From Octopus sinensis (taxonomy: Eukaryota): a stretch of DNA of 64,000 nucleotides. A program made the translations under genes and the position numbers. The stretch is taken from the NCBI RefSeq assembly GCF_006345805.1, contig NC_043001.1:119846001-119910000 (forward strand), given 5' to 3'. The first letter of the stretch is position 1, and every line of letters begins with the position of its first letter. This document shows, one piece after another, positions 25,025-36,900 of the stretch. The notes beneath the pieces were generated by a model. That model saw only the letters and a list, made by a program, of their open reading frames with translations, was not told the origin of the DNA and searched no databases.

Positions 25025-27390
25025 CTGCAATAGAGAATGAAAAAAGAAAAAAAAAATGAAAAGAAATAAAATTGGAAGATTTTTTAATAATTTTTTTAAA
25101 TGATATTGATTATTAAAAAGAATGGTTTAATTTTTCAATAATAATGAATTTTTTAATACTAATGATTTTTTTAAATAATACTATTTTTAAAATAACAAAA
25201 TATTTTTAATATAATGATTGTTTTTTTTCAAAATTAAAAATGGTCTTTTTAGATAATAATTTTAATAATAATTTTTGTAAATAATGAGAACTTAAATCAT
25301 TTATTTTTAATAATGACTTTTGAAAACTGATTTTTTTAGATAATAATTTTTTTTTTATATAATGATTTATTTAAAGCAAAACAATAAAAATAGGTTAAAA
25401 GCACTCTTAGAGAAAAATGAACATTTTATACAAAATTACAAAGAATAAATTCAAATACATCAGTTATGAAGCTTAACCCAATAGCATTTAAACAGGCCAT
25501 ATCCAGCTCAAATATTGCACCTATTTTATGTACAGACTGGCCAAATTCAACCTCTCAAACCTACCCTACAATGTCATACTAAAAATAAACAAGCATATCA
25601 TCGAAATCTCAACACAAAAAGATAATGCATGGTTAATTCAAAATAATGTGAATGGAAAAGCATTAGATTTGACAAAATAATCTGAATGCTAAAGAGTTAA
25701 AGTGCTTAAAGGATTTCAAACTAACTGATTTTTTTTCTAGTTACTATGGGTGTAATTGTAATTAAAACATTTTTGGCTCACAGCATCAAGTGTCTTAGCA
25801 TCCACTTTACTATTTGTATTTTATGCAGCAGGCGTTCCTGGATTCTTCCTAAAATTTTTCACATCATAGTTTCTTTGCTGACCAATAGATTCTTTGCTAA
25901 CATTCAAACTACTTTGCCAAATGTAATGTTTATTTATTCACATTGCTCTTAATAAATTATGTATTATCTCAAAACTTTGAGATTTCAATGATGTGATTGT
26001 TTACTTTCAGAATGACATTGTAGGATGATGTGAAAGGCTGAATCTGGCCAGTTCGAACATAAAACAATGTAGAATATTTGGATCGGTTGTGGCTGGGTTA
26101 AACATTAAAGGGTTAAGCGCCTAACTCAGAGTCATATTAATTCACTTGTTTGACATCCTCTACATAAATCATGTAAACAAATACAATTCTTAATTTACAA
26201 ACTGAGCACAGCTGAATAGACATTCAAAGACAAAATCATCTGCTTCAACAATATGCATGTTTTTTAATAATATTTACCCACATTTATTTTTATTCAAAGA
26301 TAGATATGAGAAAATGTCAGTTATCATGGTATTAAGTGTTTAAATAAAATGTAAAAGACACCCTGTACACTTTATGGAGTGGTTGGTATTAGGAAGGGAA
26401 TCCAACCATAGAAACCAAGCCAAAACAGTCTAGAGCCTGGTGCAGCTCTCTGGCTTACCAGTTCCAGTCAAAGTGTCTAACCCACACCAGCATGGAAAAT
26501 GGATGCTAAATAATAATAATAATGATGATGATGATGATGACTACGACGACGACGGCGGCGAAACTGGAGACCTGGCCTGAATGCTGACAAGGGGAACTGA
26601 ACTCAGCTAAAGGTAAAGGACCAGATGTTGTCAACTAAGGACAAGTTCACAGATTAAGTCTACCAACCAAGAACTCAGAACACCAAGATCAGGGAACAAA
26701 TACAGCAAACCATCATGCTTGATACTATAATAATCTTACTAATCCAGTGAGGTTTGGACTAGTATTTTATTCTTTTAAGCCCAAAAGAATGGACGTTAAC
26801 ACTAACTTCAGTTGGATTTGAACTTAGAGAGCAAAGAATCAAAACAAGAACTAAAATGTCCTTTGCTTTAACAAAACTGCCAAAACAGCTTACCACTCAA
26901 CCATCCTGGCTTAGTCTCCTCTTCTCTAAACTATTTTCCTCGTATTTCTTCTCATTTCCTCATTACTTGAACTCCTCACCTTTATTTTTGCCGGACTTTC
27001 TCTCTCCAATCTTTAGCCTCCCTCATTTCATTCACCTTCCACCCCAGACATTTGAACTTATTACTCTAACTCTTCCTCCACCTCCTCTTCATCACTCTTT
27101 TAACTTGAATTCCTTCATCATTTACTTAACCCTTTCATTACTGTATTTATTTTGAGATGCTCTGTGTTTCTTTCAATTACTATAACAAAGTATTTAGTAA
27201 AATAACTTAGTCATTATTAAGCTAGTGTTAGGAACATAAATTGTGACTAAGGTTTGGTGGAAGATTTTAATTCAAAACTTATGAAAACAAGACATTTGTA
27301 CTCAGAGCCAGAACCAGTTTCAGCCGAGTTGGTAACGAAAGGGTTAAATACAAGCAGTAACAATACTACTCTCTCTCTCTCACCCACTGC

Positions 27391-27422
<32 letters not shown>

Positions 27423-28068
27423 GAGTAAAAGCCCTGTATGCTAGATTTTACATTCCTCTTCATGGCAATTTAACTATTCTTATATCCTAATTGTTGTAAA
27501 AGCAAGAAGACTATCACCACCTTCCTGAAACTATACATTTTACCTTATAACCAAGCGCATTACTGGTATATATTTTACTGACCCACAGAAACAGAAAGCA
27601 CTGATGCTATCATTACTGATACATAGTAATAAGAATATTGTCAACCATTATATATACTTACACAAATACGCATTCATACACTAACATACACAAGCATGCA
27701 TATATATATATATATATATATACATGTAAATACATACATCCGTACACATGCATAATGCTTATACATGCATACACACATGTATATAGAAACATGCAAGCAA
27801 GGTAGTGTCCAGTATGGCTGAGGCAAAACTAAAAAACATGAATGTGTATGTAGATGTATGTGTATATATATATATATATATATGGTGTGTGTGTGCATAT
27901 ATACATACACTGACATACATGGGTCAACAGACAGACAGATATTGAAATGGGCAGTACTAAAATAACTTCATTTTCCAGGAGAAAAAAAAACATGAAAAAG
28001 AAAAATATCAATTCAAAACTATTAACATTTCAAGAGGAACACTGAAAATGCTACGGAGGTCAACTTAC

Positions 28069-28146
28069 CATTTTCAATACTCAACTTCATAAACCGTACA
28101 CCATCACTTTTAGCCTTACCAAAAAAGACTTTTAATTCCGGAGAAG
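28069..28146 (-). CDS. TWF: Twinfilin coding exon 2 (ASPELKVFFGKAKSDGVRFMKLSIEN-E)
   Basis: ccccag| acceptor, 78 nt, |gtaagt donor; translation matches the start of ADF-H domain 1. Confidence 0.95.
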
Positions 28147-28539
28147 CTGGGGACGAAATAAAACAAATATATTAGAAAAAAAGGAGGAAAGAATTTTAAA
28201 ATATTTCAAATTAGAGATTGCATTTTTCATTTAATAGAATCATTATTTTTGTTTTCTATTTCTACTATTAGATTTCTTAAGATATTCCTCAATATCATAT
28301 ACATGTCAATATGTCCAATTCTTTGTAGTAATTAATGATATTAAGAAAAATTGAACCCCTGAATGTAGACTACTAAAATACTTTGCTAGAGTAGAGGTTA
28401 AGTTCAGTTGTTTAGATAACACTGTATCCTTTTATTTTTTTCTCTTTTGCAGCTTCTAGTCATACTAGGACACTGCCTTCTGGAGTTTAGTTGAGCATAA
28501 TGACCATAGTTATATATATATGTGTGTGTGTGTGTATAT

Positions 28540-28830
28540 GAGGGCACATGGCTTAGTGGTTAGGGTGTTGCACTCACAATCTGACAATCATGATTTCAAT
28601 TCCCAGACTGGGCTGTGCATTGTGTTCTTGATCAAAGCACTTCATCTCACATTGATCTGCAACCACTTTGACACCTGACATGGTACACCATCCACCTGTT
28701 CAGACAACACCGATTTGATGGAAAGACTGAGCTAATGAGCAGCAGAAACATTTGATCACAATAAACAAATCATTTGCGCAGGTCATTCGACAAAAACTGA
28801 ACACTCATACGTCATCTTCAATGAGAGAGT
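28540..28830 (+). mobile_element. tRNA-derived SINE (third family)
   Basis: Box A tggcttagtggttagg, degenerate box B gatttcaattcc, then non-tRNA body. Confidence 0.6.
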
Positions 28831-29297
28831 TTACCCATATAAAAGTGACCATGTGGCACCACATAAAAGTGCCATGTGATGTCACATAAAAGCGCTTGTG
28901 CGGTGTCGCATAAAAGTGCTTGTGCAGTGCCATGTAAAAGAACTCAGCACACTCTATAAAATGGCTGGCATTAGGAAGGGAATCCAGCAGTAGAAACCAT
29001 GCCAAATGAGGCTGGAATCTGGTGCAACTCCACAGCTAGCCAGCTCTGGTCAAACCATCCAACTCATGCCAGCATGGACAACAGACATTAATGATGATGA
29101 TGATGATGATATATATATATATATATATATTAATTCCAAGAAAGTTAGAGGTTGTGAATCCAACCAATATATTTTGTATGTAAAGCATAATATGTTATAC
29201 ATGTATGTATATTCTTGTAATTGTCATTTTAGTAAATAAATAAATAAGTCGTCTAAAAGTTGATGAACCACCTATTGATCCCCTCATTTTCTTATTG

Positions 29298-29363
<66 letters not shown>

Positions 29364-29369
29364 ATGAAA

Positions 29370-29892
29370 ATGAAAATCAAATCAAATCAAATCAAAATAG
29401 ATGAACATCAATGGAATTTGTATCTTTGTGGTACCAGTGCCGGTGTCATACAAGAAAACCATCCGAACGTGGCCGTAGCCAGTACCGCATCGACTGGCCT
29501 CCGTGCTGTGGGCACGTAACAAACACCAACCGATCGTGGCCGTTCGCCAGCCTCATCTGGCACCTGTGTCGGTGACACATAAAAACACCATCCGAGCGTG
29601 GCCGTCTGCCAGCCTCGTCTGGCACCTGTGTCGGTGGCACATAAAAAAAACAAAAAAAAACACCATCCGAGCATGGCCGTTCGCCAGCCTCGTCTGGCAC
29701 CTGTGTCGGTGGCACATAAAATCACCCACTACACTCTCGGAGTGGTTGGCGTTAGGAAGGGCATCCAGCTGTAGAAACACTGCCAGATCTGAGTGGCCTG
29801 GTGCAGCCTTCGGGCTCCCCAGACCCCAGTTGAACCGTCCAACCCATGCTAGCATGGAAAGCGGACGTTAAATGATGATGATGATGATGATG
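29370..29892 (+). mobile_element. Young 5'-truncated copy of the same RTE-type 3'UTR repeat
   Basis: High similarity to 4450-4900 with CpGs retained; four tandem units; (GAT)n tail; inserted in (TA)n. Confidence 0.8.
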
Positions 29893-30018
29893 ATATATAT
29901 ATAGTGTTACACTAAGTGGTGCACAATATCAGGAATTTTGACTCGAGTCAAATATAATATTACGGAGATGTACTTGCATAGCAAGTGATTTGATCTGAGA
30001 TCGTGTGCTGAAACGAAA

Positions 30019-30264
30019 ACAATTGCAGCGTGGAAGGTGTTTGTAAGCCATTTAAGAAACACACAAAGCCGTTCGATTCACTTCAACATTTAAGTTGTCA
30101 AAATATTTTCGGCGCTTTAAGACCGCGACCTATTCACTGACAACAGGTCGCGGCCTTAAAGTGACGAAAATATTTTGACAAATTAAACTTAAATGTTGAA
30201 GTGAATCAAATGGCTTTTGTGTGTTTCTTAAATGGCTTACAAACACCTTCCACGCTGCAATTGT
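30019..30264. repeat. ~245-bp fold-back element
   Basis: acaattgcagcgtggaagg...gaccgcgacct / aggtcgcggcc...ccttccacgctgcaattgt; single-arm relative at 8283-8420. Confidence 0.88.
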
Positions 30265-33200
30265 CAAATATAATAAACTACTTCAAATCATTGTAAGAAA
30301 ATCTGTGTAAGTAGAATCTGAACTGGCTGGTTTTGAAATCATATAATACATGCATATTGAATGATTTCAAAATATCACTATTTGGTTTGAATTCATTATT
30401 ATGAGTGAGAGAGAGGTAAGAATAAAATGAATGGGTATTTTACAGTTACTACACAGGTTTTCAAAGCACATTTATTCAAAAGCACAAGTACAGTATGTAA
30501 CTTGATGTGCAACATTACGTAACGCTATGCAAGCCCACGTCATCATAAAGCACTACTTTATCAAGTAATACACTTCAGAATATGTTTAGGTGACATGTCA
30601 CCAGATATATTTATGACCTTAAAGAATAAAATGTAATCTCCATAACTGGTCAAAGTCTACTTATAAGAATTATGTCTAGAATGCCTTTGACCATAGGTTT
30701 CTTGGTGCAAGGCCTACCCAAGTTTAATGAAATGTCTTCGATAATAGGTCTCCTATTGCAGAGCTGATCAGGCTTCAAGCAAAACACCTTCAATCATAGT
30801 TTTCCTGATGCAGGGATTACTTATGTTTAAACAATATCAACAGTCAGTTTTTATATTAAACATATTACCCATTTACGATATGGTCAAATCACTATCAGCT
30901 TTCAACACTAAAATAATATATCAAACTAGCAATGCACCCCCAGCGTTGTGGTGTTATGACCTACAGCCACATTTGTATTATTTGTTCCTTTCTTATGGAC
31001 AGAATCGGCACACAAGGAGTATGGAGCAAGCAACTCTTCTTTATAAACATGTGTTTTGGTCATTTTCTGATGAACAATGCTGCAGTTTCTGGCTACCAAA
31101 TTCAGTCACAAGTCTGTGGTTGGCCTAGGGCTATAGTAGAAAACACTTGCCCAAGGTACCATGCAGAAGGACTAAAAGTGGAACCATGTGGTTGGGAAGC
31201 AAACTTCTCAACCACACAGTCATTCTTGTATCTAGTATGTGTGTGTGTGTGTGTATTGAGTGTTGTGTCCCACTATGTCTGAAAGTTAGTAGTTCATCAA
31301 GCAGAGATCTATAAAATAAATGCCAGATTGAAATACATACTGAGGTCAGTATGATCAATTAAATTTTCGAAAGTGATACTTCATCCTGATGATAGTCAAA
31401 AGACTAAACCCAATAAAATAATGTTTAAAGACTTAATGGCTTCAAATTTAAGGTAATGGATTACTAACCACAAGATAATGAGTTAAAAACTTCGTATTGA
31501 ATTTCCATTCTATACGAAAATACTAAATGTACATCTCAGTCTACTTGACTTAACAGCAATTAACAATTGTAATTTGAAGTTGAATGGTTAGCAGTAAGAA
31601 AGATATCCAGATTTCTTAAAAAATTATAGTGCAAAATATTCCAAGAAAAAGTATTTCATAACAACAAAACACACACACACACACACACACTACACTATTT
31701 CAAGTAAAAACAAATTTACTGACCTAATCTAGAATAAAGACTACCACCAAGATACAGTTCTTATATTCAGTACTAAAGATGCCTCTACATTTGAGCAAAT
31801 TTTTGTTAACTTCACAAGCCATTTTATAGGCTGGAATATAAAGGGTTTTGTTTTTGTTTTGATTTTTTTTATTGTTTAGTCAGAGGAAGTTAATTGACAT
31901 GACCTCATTCCGGGACTTCTAAGATTGGAAGGAGGGGGGGAGTTATCCTGTGTCCAGACACCTAATCTGAATGTTTAAATTCCACAAAAGACCTAAAGAC
32001 CAGGTTGTGATATTAAACCAGGAAACATTAAAATCTACCATCCAAGTAAGGGAATGGTCCCTCTGAAGGGCTTCCACACAGTTTCTGCATACCAAATTCA
32101 ATTCAAAAGACTTTGGTCAATTTGACATTAAGGAAGGAAATGCAAGCTGAAGGTACGACATAGTAGGATTAAACCTGAAACTACAGCAATGCAAGGTAAA
32201 CTTCATAACTACCTGCACCCATGGCTTTGGTAGATCTGTGACTATGGGAAAAAACAAAGCCAGGATACCATGCAATGCAACTGGACCAAAAACTACATTG
32301 TTATGAAGCAAACTTCTTAACCACAGTCATAGCTGCATCCACAGCTAGAAAGCACAAGTCTGAGCTGGTGTGGAGAAGGATCGAACCTGAAGCCATGTAG
32401 TTACAATGTACTCTTAACCCCACAGCCATGTGTGCCTCTTATATACAATCAATGGTAAAATAAAGACTAGAGGTTCAGCTAACCAAATTGAATCCATTTA
32501 CAAGAATAAATATTGTAATTCTTGTAATTGACAATCAGGAGATTCAGATGCAACCACCAATCTTCTTTCGTTCATTGCCTCTTCAAGCTCCCTCTGAGAT
32601 GAAAAGGGTTGGTGGGCTTGAGTTCTCTTCAGACCTGATTTATTCCCTAAACCTTTGTCTCTTTACAAATACTCAACAGGCAGTGAGGGCTTATATTTAG
32701 GAATTGTCCTCCTGCTAGACTGGCTGCCTTCCAAGGTTGCTGTGTCCAGACAACTTACCTGTTTATATGGCCTGTGAGATGTGGAGACAGTAGTGCCATC
32801 TTCTTGAGATATGATTTAACAAAAGCCAAGGGGTGCCTTCTTCTCAATAGTCTTACAATACACCAGGCATTAATCAGGAATTTCTAAGTTTCTGCACTAT
32901 TTCTAGATAGCTATTTACCCTACACTGAGTTCAACCATCCTTTAGACTGGTATTGTTTTTGTCCTGCTGGGTGTCTAGCTACCTTCTTCAAGCTTTGAGG
33001 CAAGTTTTGTAGAGCAGCCAGTTTAGTAACAGACCACCCAATAAGTTGTCAAAGACTTAAATGTTACCAGTAGCACTTGATGGTAGGTGAAACATTTGGA
33101 GGATATTGACAGGTTTTAAACATGTACCTATTGTCATTGTTTAGCCGTGGCTCAGTCCCTAATCCAGTAGACAAAATCAAATGCATTTCAGCATAAATGT

Positions 33201-33943
33201 CCCATCTCTTTTTTGCAGACATATCTAGGATTTCATTATCCAATGTGTCATCCTCTGTATAGATGATATACAGAGTGAGATTTGAGGGAGATTTAGCTCT
33301 AATTTTTAAGAGGTTTACTGATTTTACCTGCTTTCAATTTAATCCTTAATTCACAAATATACTGTTTCATCTCATTGCCTGCAGCTACCCCTGTTTCAAA
33401 CTAACTGCACATCTTCTTTAAGAATCACCTATCCAACCAGTAAACTTTCCTTCCCATCACTTTTACTGTGTCTCCCCATCCAGACAGTCCAGTGCTTCCT
33501 ACAAAGAACTGTACCCTTTGTGGTAGAGTCATGTATTAGAAGAGAGTGACGGATGTATGATAGTGAAACTGCTTAAGCAGAGAATGTGGAGGATCTGCAT
33601 TAAGTCCGAGAAAGAGATAAGTTGAATATAAGAAAGTAGAAGATCAAAAGTACGAACTCAAAACTGAGTATGAATGTATTCAGAGTGACTGGTATACGAA
33701 AATCATTAGTGTCCGGAAGTCACTGACGCAATATCTTGGAACATTTGGTTGTTCAGATCAATGAATCCTAGTTTTGCCTCGCAACTTCTGCACATCACCG
33801 GAGAAAGATCTTGCTGTTAAAAATGGATGCAATGAGCAAGCTTGACACAACGATATATTCACTGCATATTTGAAACATAGATATCAAAAAGTGGCAAATT
33901 TATTAAATATATTTGAAATTTTGCATGCGTACACACACACACA

Positions 33944-33975
<32 letters not shown>

Positions 33976-36900
33976 GAATAATGTCAACAACAACCAGACA
34001 AGTTAAGCTCCTTGGACATTGCTAAGGAAAACAGCAACTAGCTAAATCAATAAGACACCAGCCTATCTGCATCTCAGTTGTAGTATTGCACATAAATCAA
34101 TGGCTAAGTTTAACTGTCTATAAATATACATCATGGGGCAGCACAGTTTATCACTAGAAGTAACAAGGCATTAAGTAATGTGTGATTTTAGTTTTTAGTT
34201 GAGTGTCAATCTCATAAACCTCTTATGGACCAGGAAATGTCAAGAGGAAACCACTTTGGGTGCAATGCTTTTGTATGGTGATGTAAGTTTTGTTTTTCAT
34301 TCACTAACTGTGTGTATAGCATAATATGACAGTCAAACTACAAAGTCAATTTTTGTATAAGTTCATCTTGAGCCAGCTAGATCCTATAACCTACATGTAA
34401 TATTCAAGTAAGTTACAGAACACTGTCTACAATAAATGAACTTCTATAAAAATTTATACAATAGTTTGACTGTTATAAATGCATCGCTCAGACAGAAAGT
34501 GAAAAGCACAAACATTACATTATCACAAAACATGACCAAAGAAACTGATCAAAACTTCATCCGACACTTGGAGTTATTATTATATGAGCCATGTATAAAA
34601 TGTTAACCTTCATATTTAGATATAGTCTGTAATGATATTTTTAACTTAACAGAAGACAAATATGAAAATTTTGAATATTTTTAAAGCTTTAATGGCTAAT
34701 TTTTAGAGCAGAATATTAAGTAATAGGTGTGTTGATTCATTACAAATGATAATGATCACTTCACTCATCCAGTATTAAGTTTAAATTGTCTGAGAGTCAT
34801 ATGTGTAGGTCTGAAGTTATTACTACTAAAATATGCATGCTTTAGTATTCCTCTATTGCTAAATGACTTAGAAAGAGATGATGATAAAGTGACTTTAAAA
34901 TGAGGAAGAGTTGTTCAGTTGATGGACTACTTTCTTACCCTACTTCAGGATAAAAGTCAAGATGGTTAAGAGATGAAGTCCAGTGAATATCTAAAATGCT
35001 TTAGATTTTGTTTTCTGTTGTATACTCCACGTTTTATTGCTCGTAATTGCGTTCCAGCCAGCTGAACTAATCTAAGATTTCCTCCACAAGGTCCATACAA
35101 ATAGTGTTCTCCTAACACTATTGGTGAGCTGGCAGAGTTGTTAAAGTGATGGAGAAAATACTTTGTGGTATTTGTCCTGATTCTCAGTGCTTTCAGTTTC
35201 AATCCTGCCAAAGCCAACTTTACCTTTTGTCCTTTTAAGGTTGATAATGAAGCACCAATGTAGGGAGGTGGATTGACTGAAGTGTTGACAGGTAGGGCAA
35301 GATGCCTCTGTAGTATCTGTTCTCAATCTTAGAGTTCTATCAACAACATCTGCAATGGCACTGGTGCCAAATTGTATCAACCCAAGTCTGTAGCCTTTCC
35401 CTATTGTTTCCTGTACCACTAATGTTTATTGGAATAAACATTAGGGGTCCAGACAGGGAAACTTGCATGCAACTGCTGGTCTTCTCCAACAATATCTTAC
35501 TCAGGCTCACACATGCATGTGCAGACACAAAGTAAACAGTGATTGAGAGAATTCCAAAATAAAATGTAAACAAGACATAATCCATGTATCATGGCTTCAT
35601 CCCTATACCAGCTGTCTCAGAGGCCTCACATAAAAAGTCAAAGGGTGACATCTCTCATTCATTGATAATGCCCTTAATAAAAGTAAATTCACAAAGGATT
35701 GAAACATAAAATTGTACGATACCAAAGCCAAAACTGAAGATTGAAGACTAAGCCTTCTCTTCAGAGTTTGAAACTACTTCAATTCTGAGCACTTGGTAAT
35801 TACAAAGCACAAATATGTCCCACACTAGATTATGGTTCATATATGAGGAACATAATAGCTGCTACCTACACAGAACATTATAAATACTAGACAGAAATCC
35901 AGCTGAATGACACTAAAACCTTTGCTCACCAATAACCATTTTGGCATTTTGGCCTGTATTATCCTCCTTTTGTGTCTTTCACCACTAACATGACAGTTTT
36001 TGTTCCATCCAACTGACAAGCTCTGCACTAACCTCAACACACTTCTGTCATCGTTAATTCTTTTCACTCCTAAACAAAGCAATCAATATATTTTCCTCAA
36101 AACTTCAACTCCCTGGACTATTTCAATGCCCACATCTTTCCCACAGGCATCAACCAACACTAGTACAAGATGAAGAACAATCACATTGGAGGGAGGAACA
36201 TAATAAGTGGCTGAAAACATCTGAGAGAATAAAATTGAAACACTGACTAAAAAGCAATAAGTTCATCAATTTACTACCTCGACTCTTTTGCTTTTAAACT
36301 CGCTGGGTTCATCATATTGTTCCTCCAACTATGCTGCTACCTCATCTACGAAATTCACTGATCTTCTATTCCAACTCTGCTACCCTCAAATTGTTTAACT
36401 TCACCACGTTGCTACCTTAATTTTGTTATTCTTAAACTACCAAAGTTCAATGTATTGCTACCTTAACTCAAGAGCCTATCAGTTATCCAAACATTTTTTG
36501 TTTTAAATATTAAAGTTTAAAAAAATGCACAACTACGACTTGAAAACATTTCAGTGAAATATGATATATTTATAAATGAAAACTTGCTTCACTAATTAAG
36601 ACAGAAATTTATCTTAATTTGCAGCACCATTCCATTTTCCCATACAGACACTAAATAAGGGATTGTCAGAATGGAAACTGGTAATAATTATTAGATTAAC
36701 AAAGGAGCCAATTAACTGACAAACTCAGAGAAGGGAAAAACACGAAAAAAAACTACTTCAGTTTAAGTCTGCTTATAAAACATGTCATCACCAATGTTAA
36801 TCATACAAAATAAACCAAGCAGAAAGGGTGTGGGGTGGGAGATAAAGAGATCTATAAACTAACAAATAAAATAAATAAAATTTGAAATGAAAACAAAAAA

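Noticed and set aside
31380-31420. CTGATGA plus a stem-loop as a hammerhead
   Set aside because: It lacks GAAA and stem I, and aligns better as a decayed SINE tail.
33621-33845. Selenoprotein-style read-through of the TGA in the + frame
   Set aside because: No start codon, no recognisable selenoprotein motif and no SECIS-like element seen.
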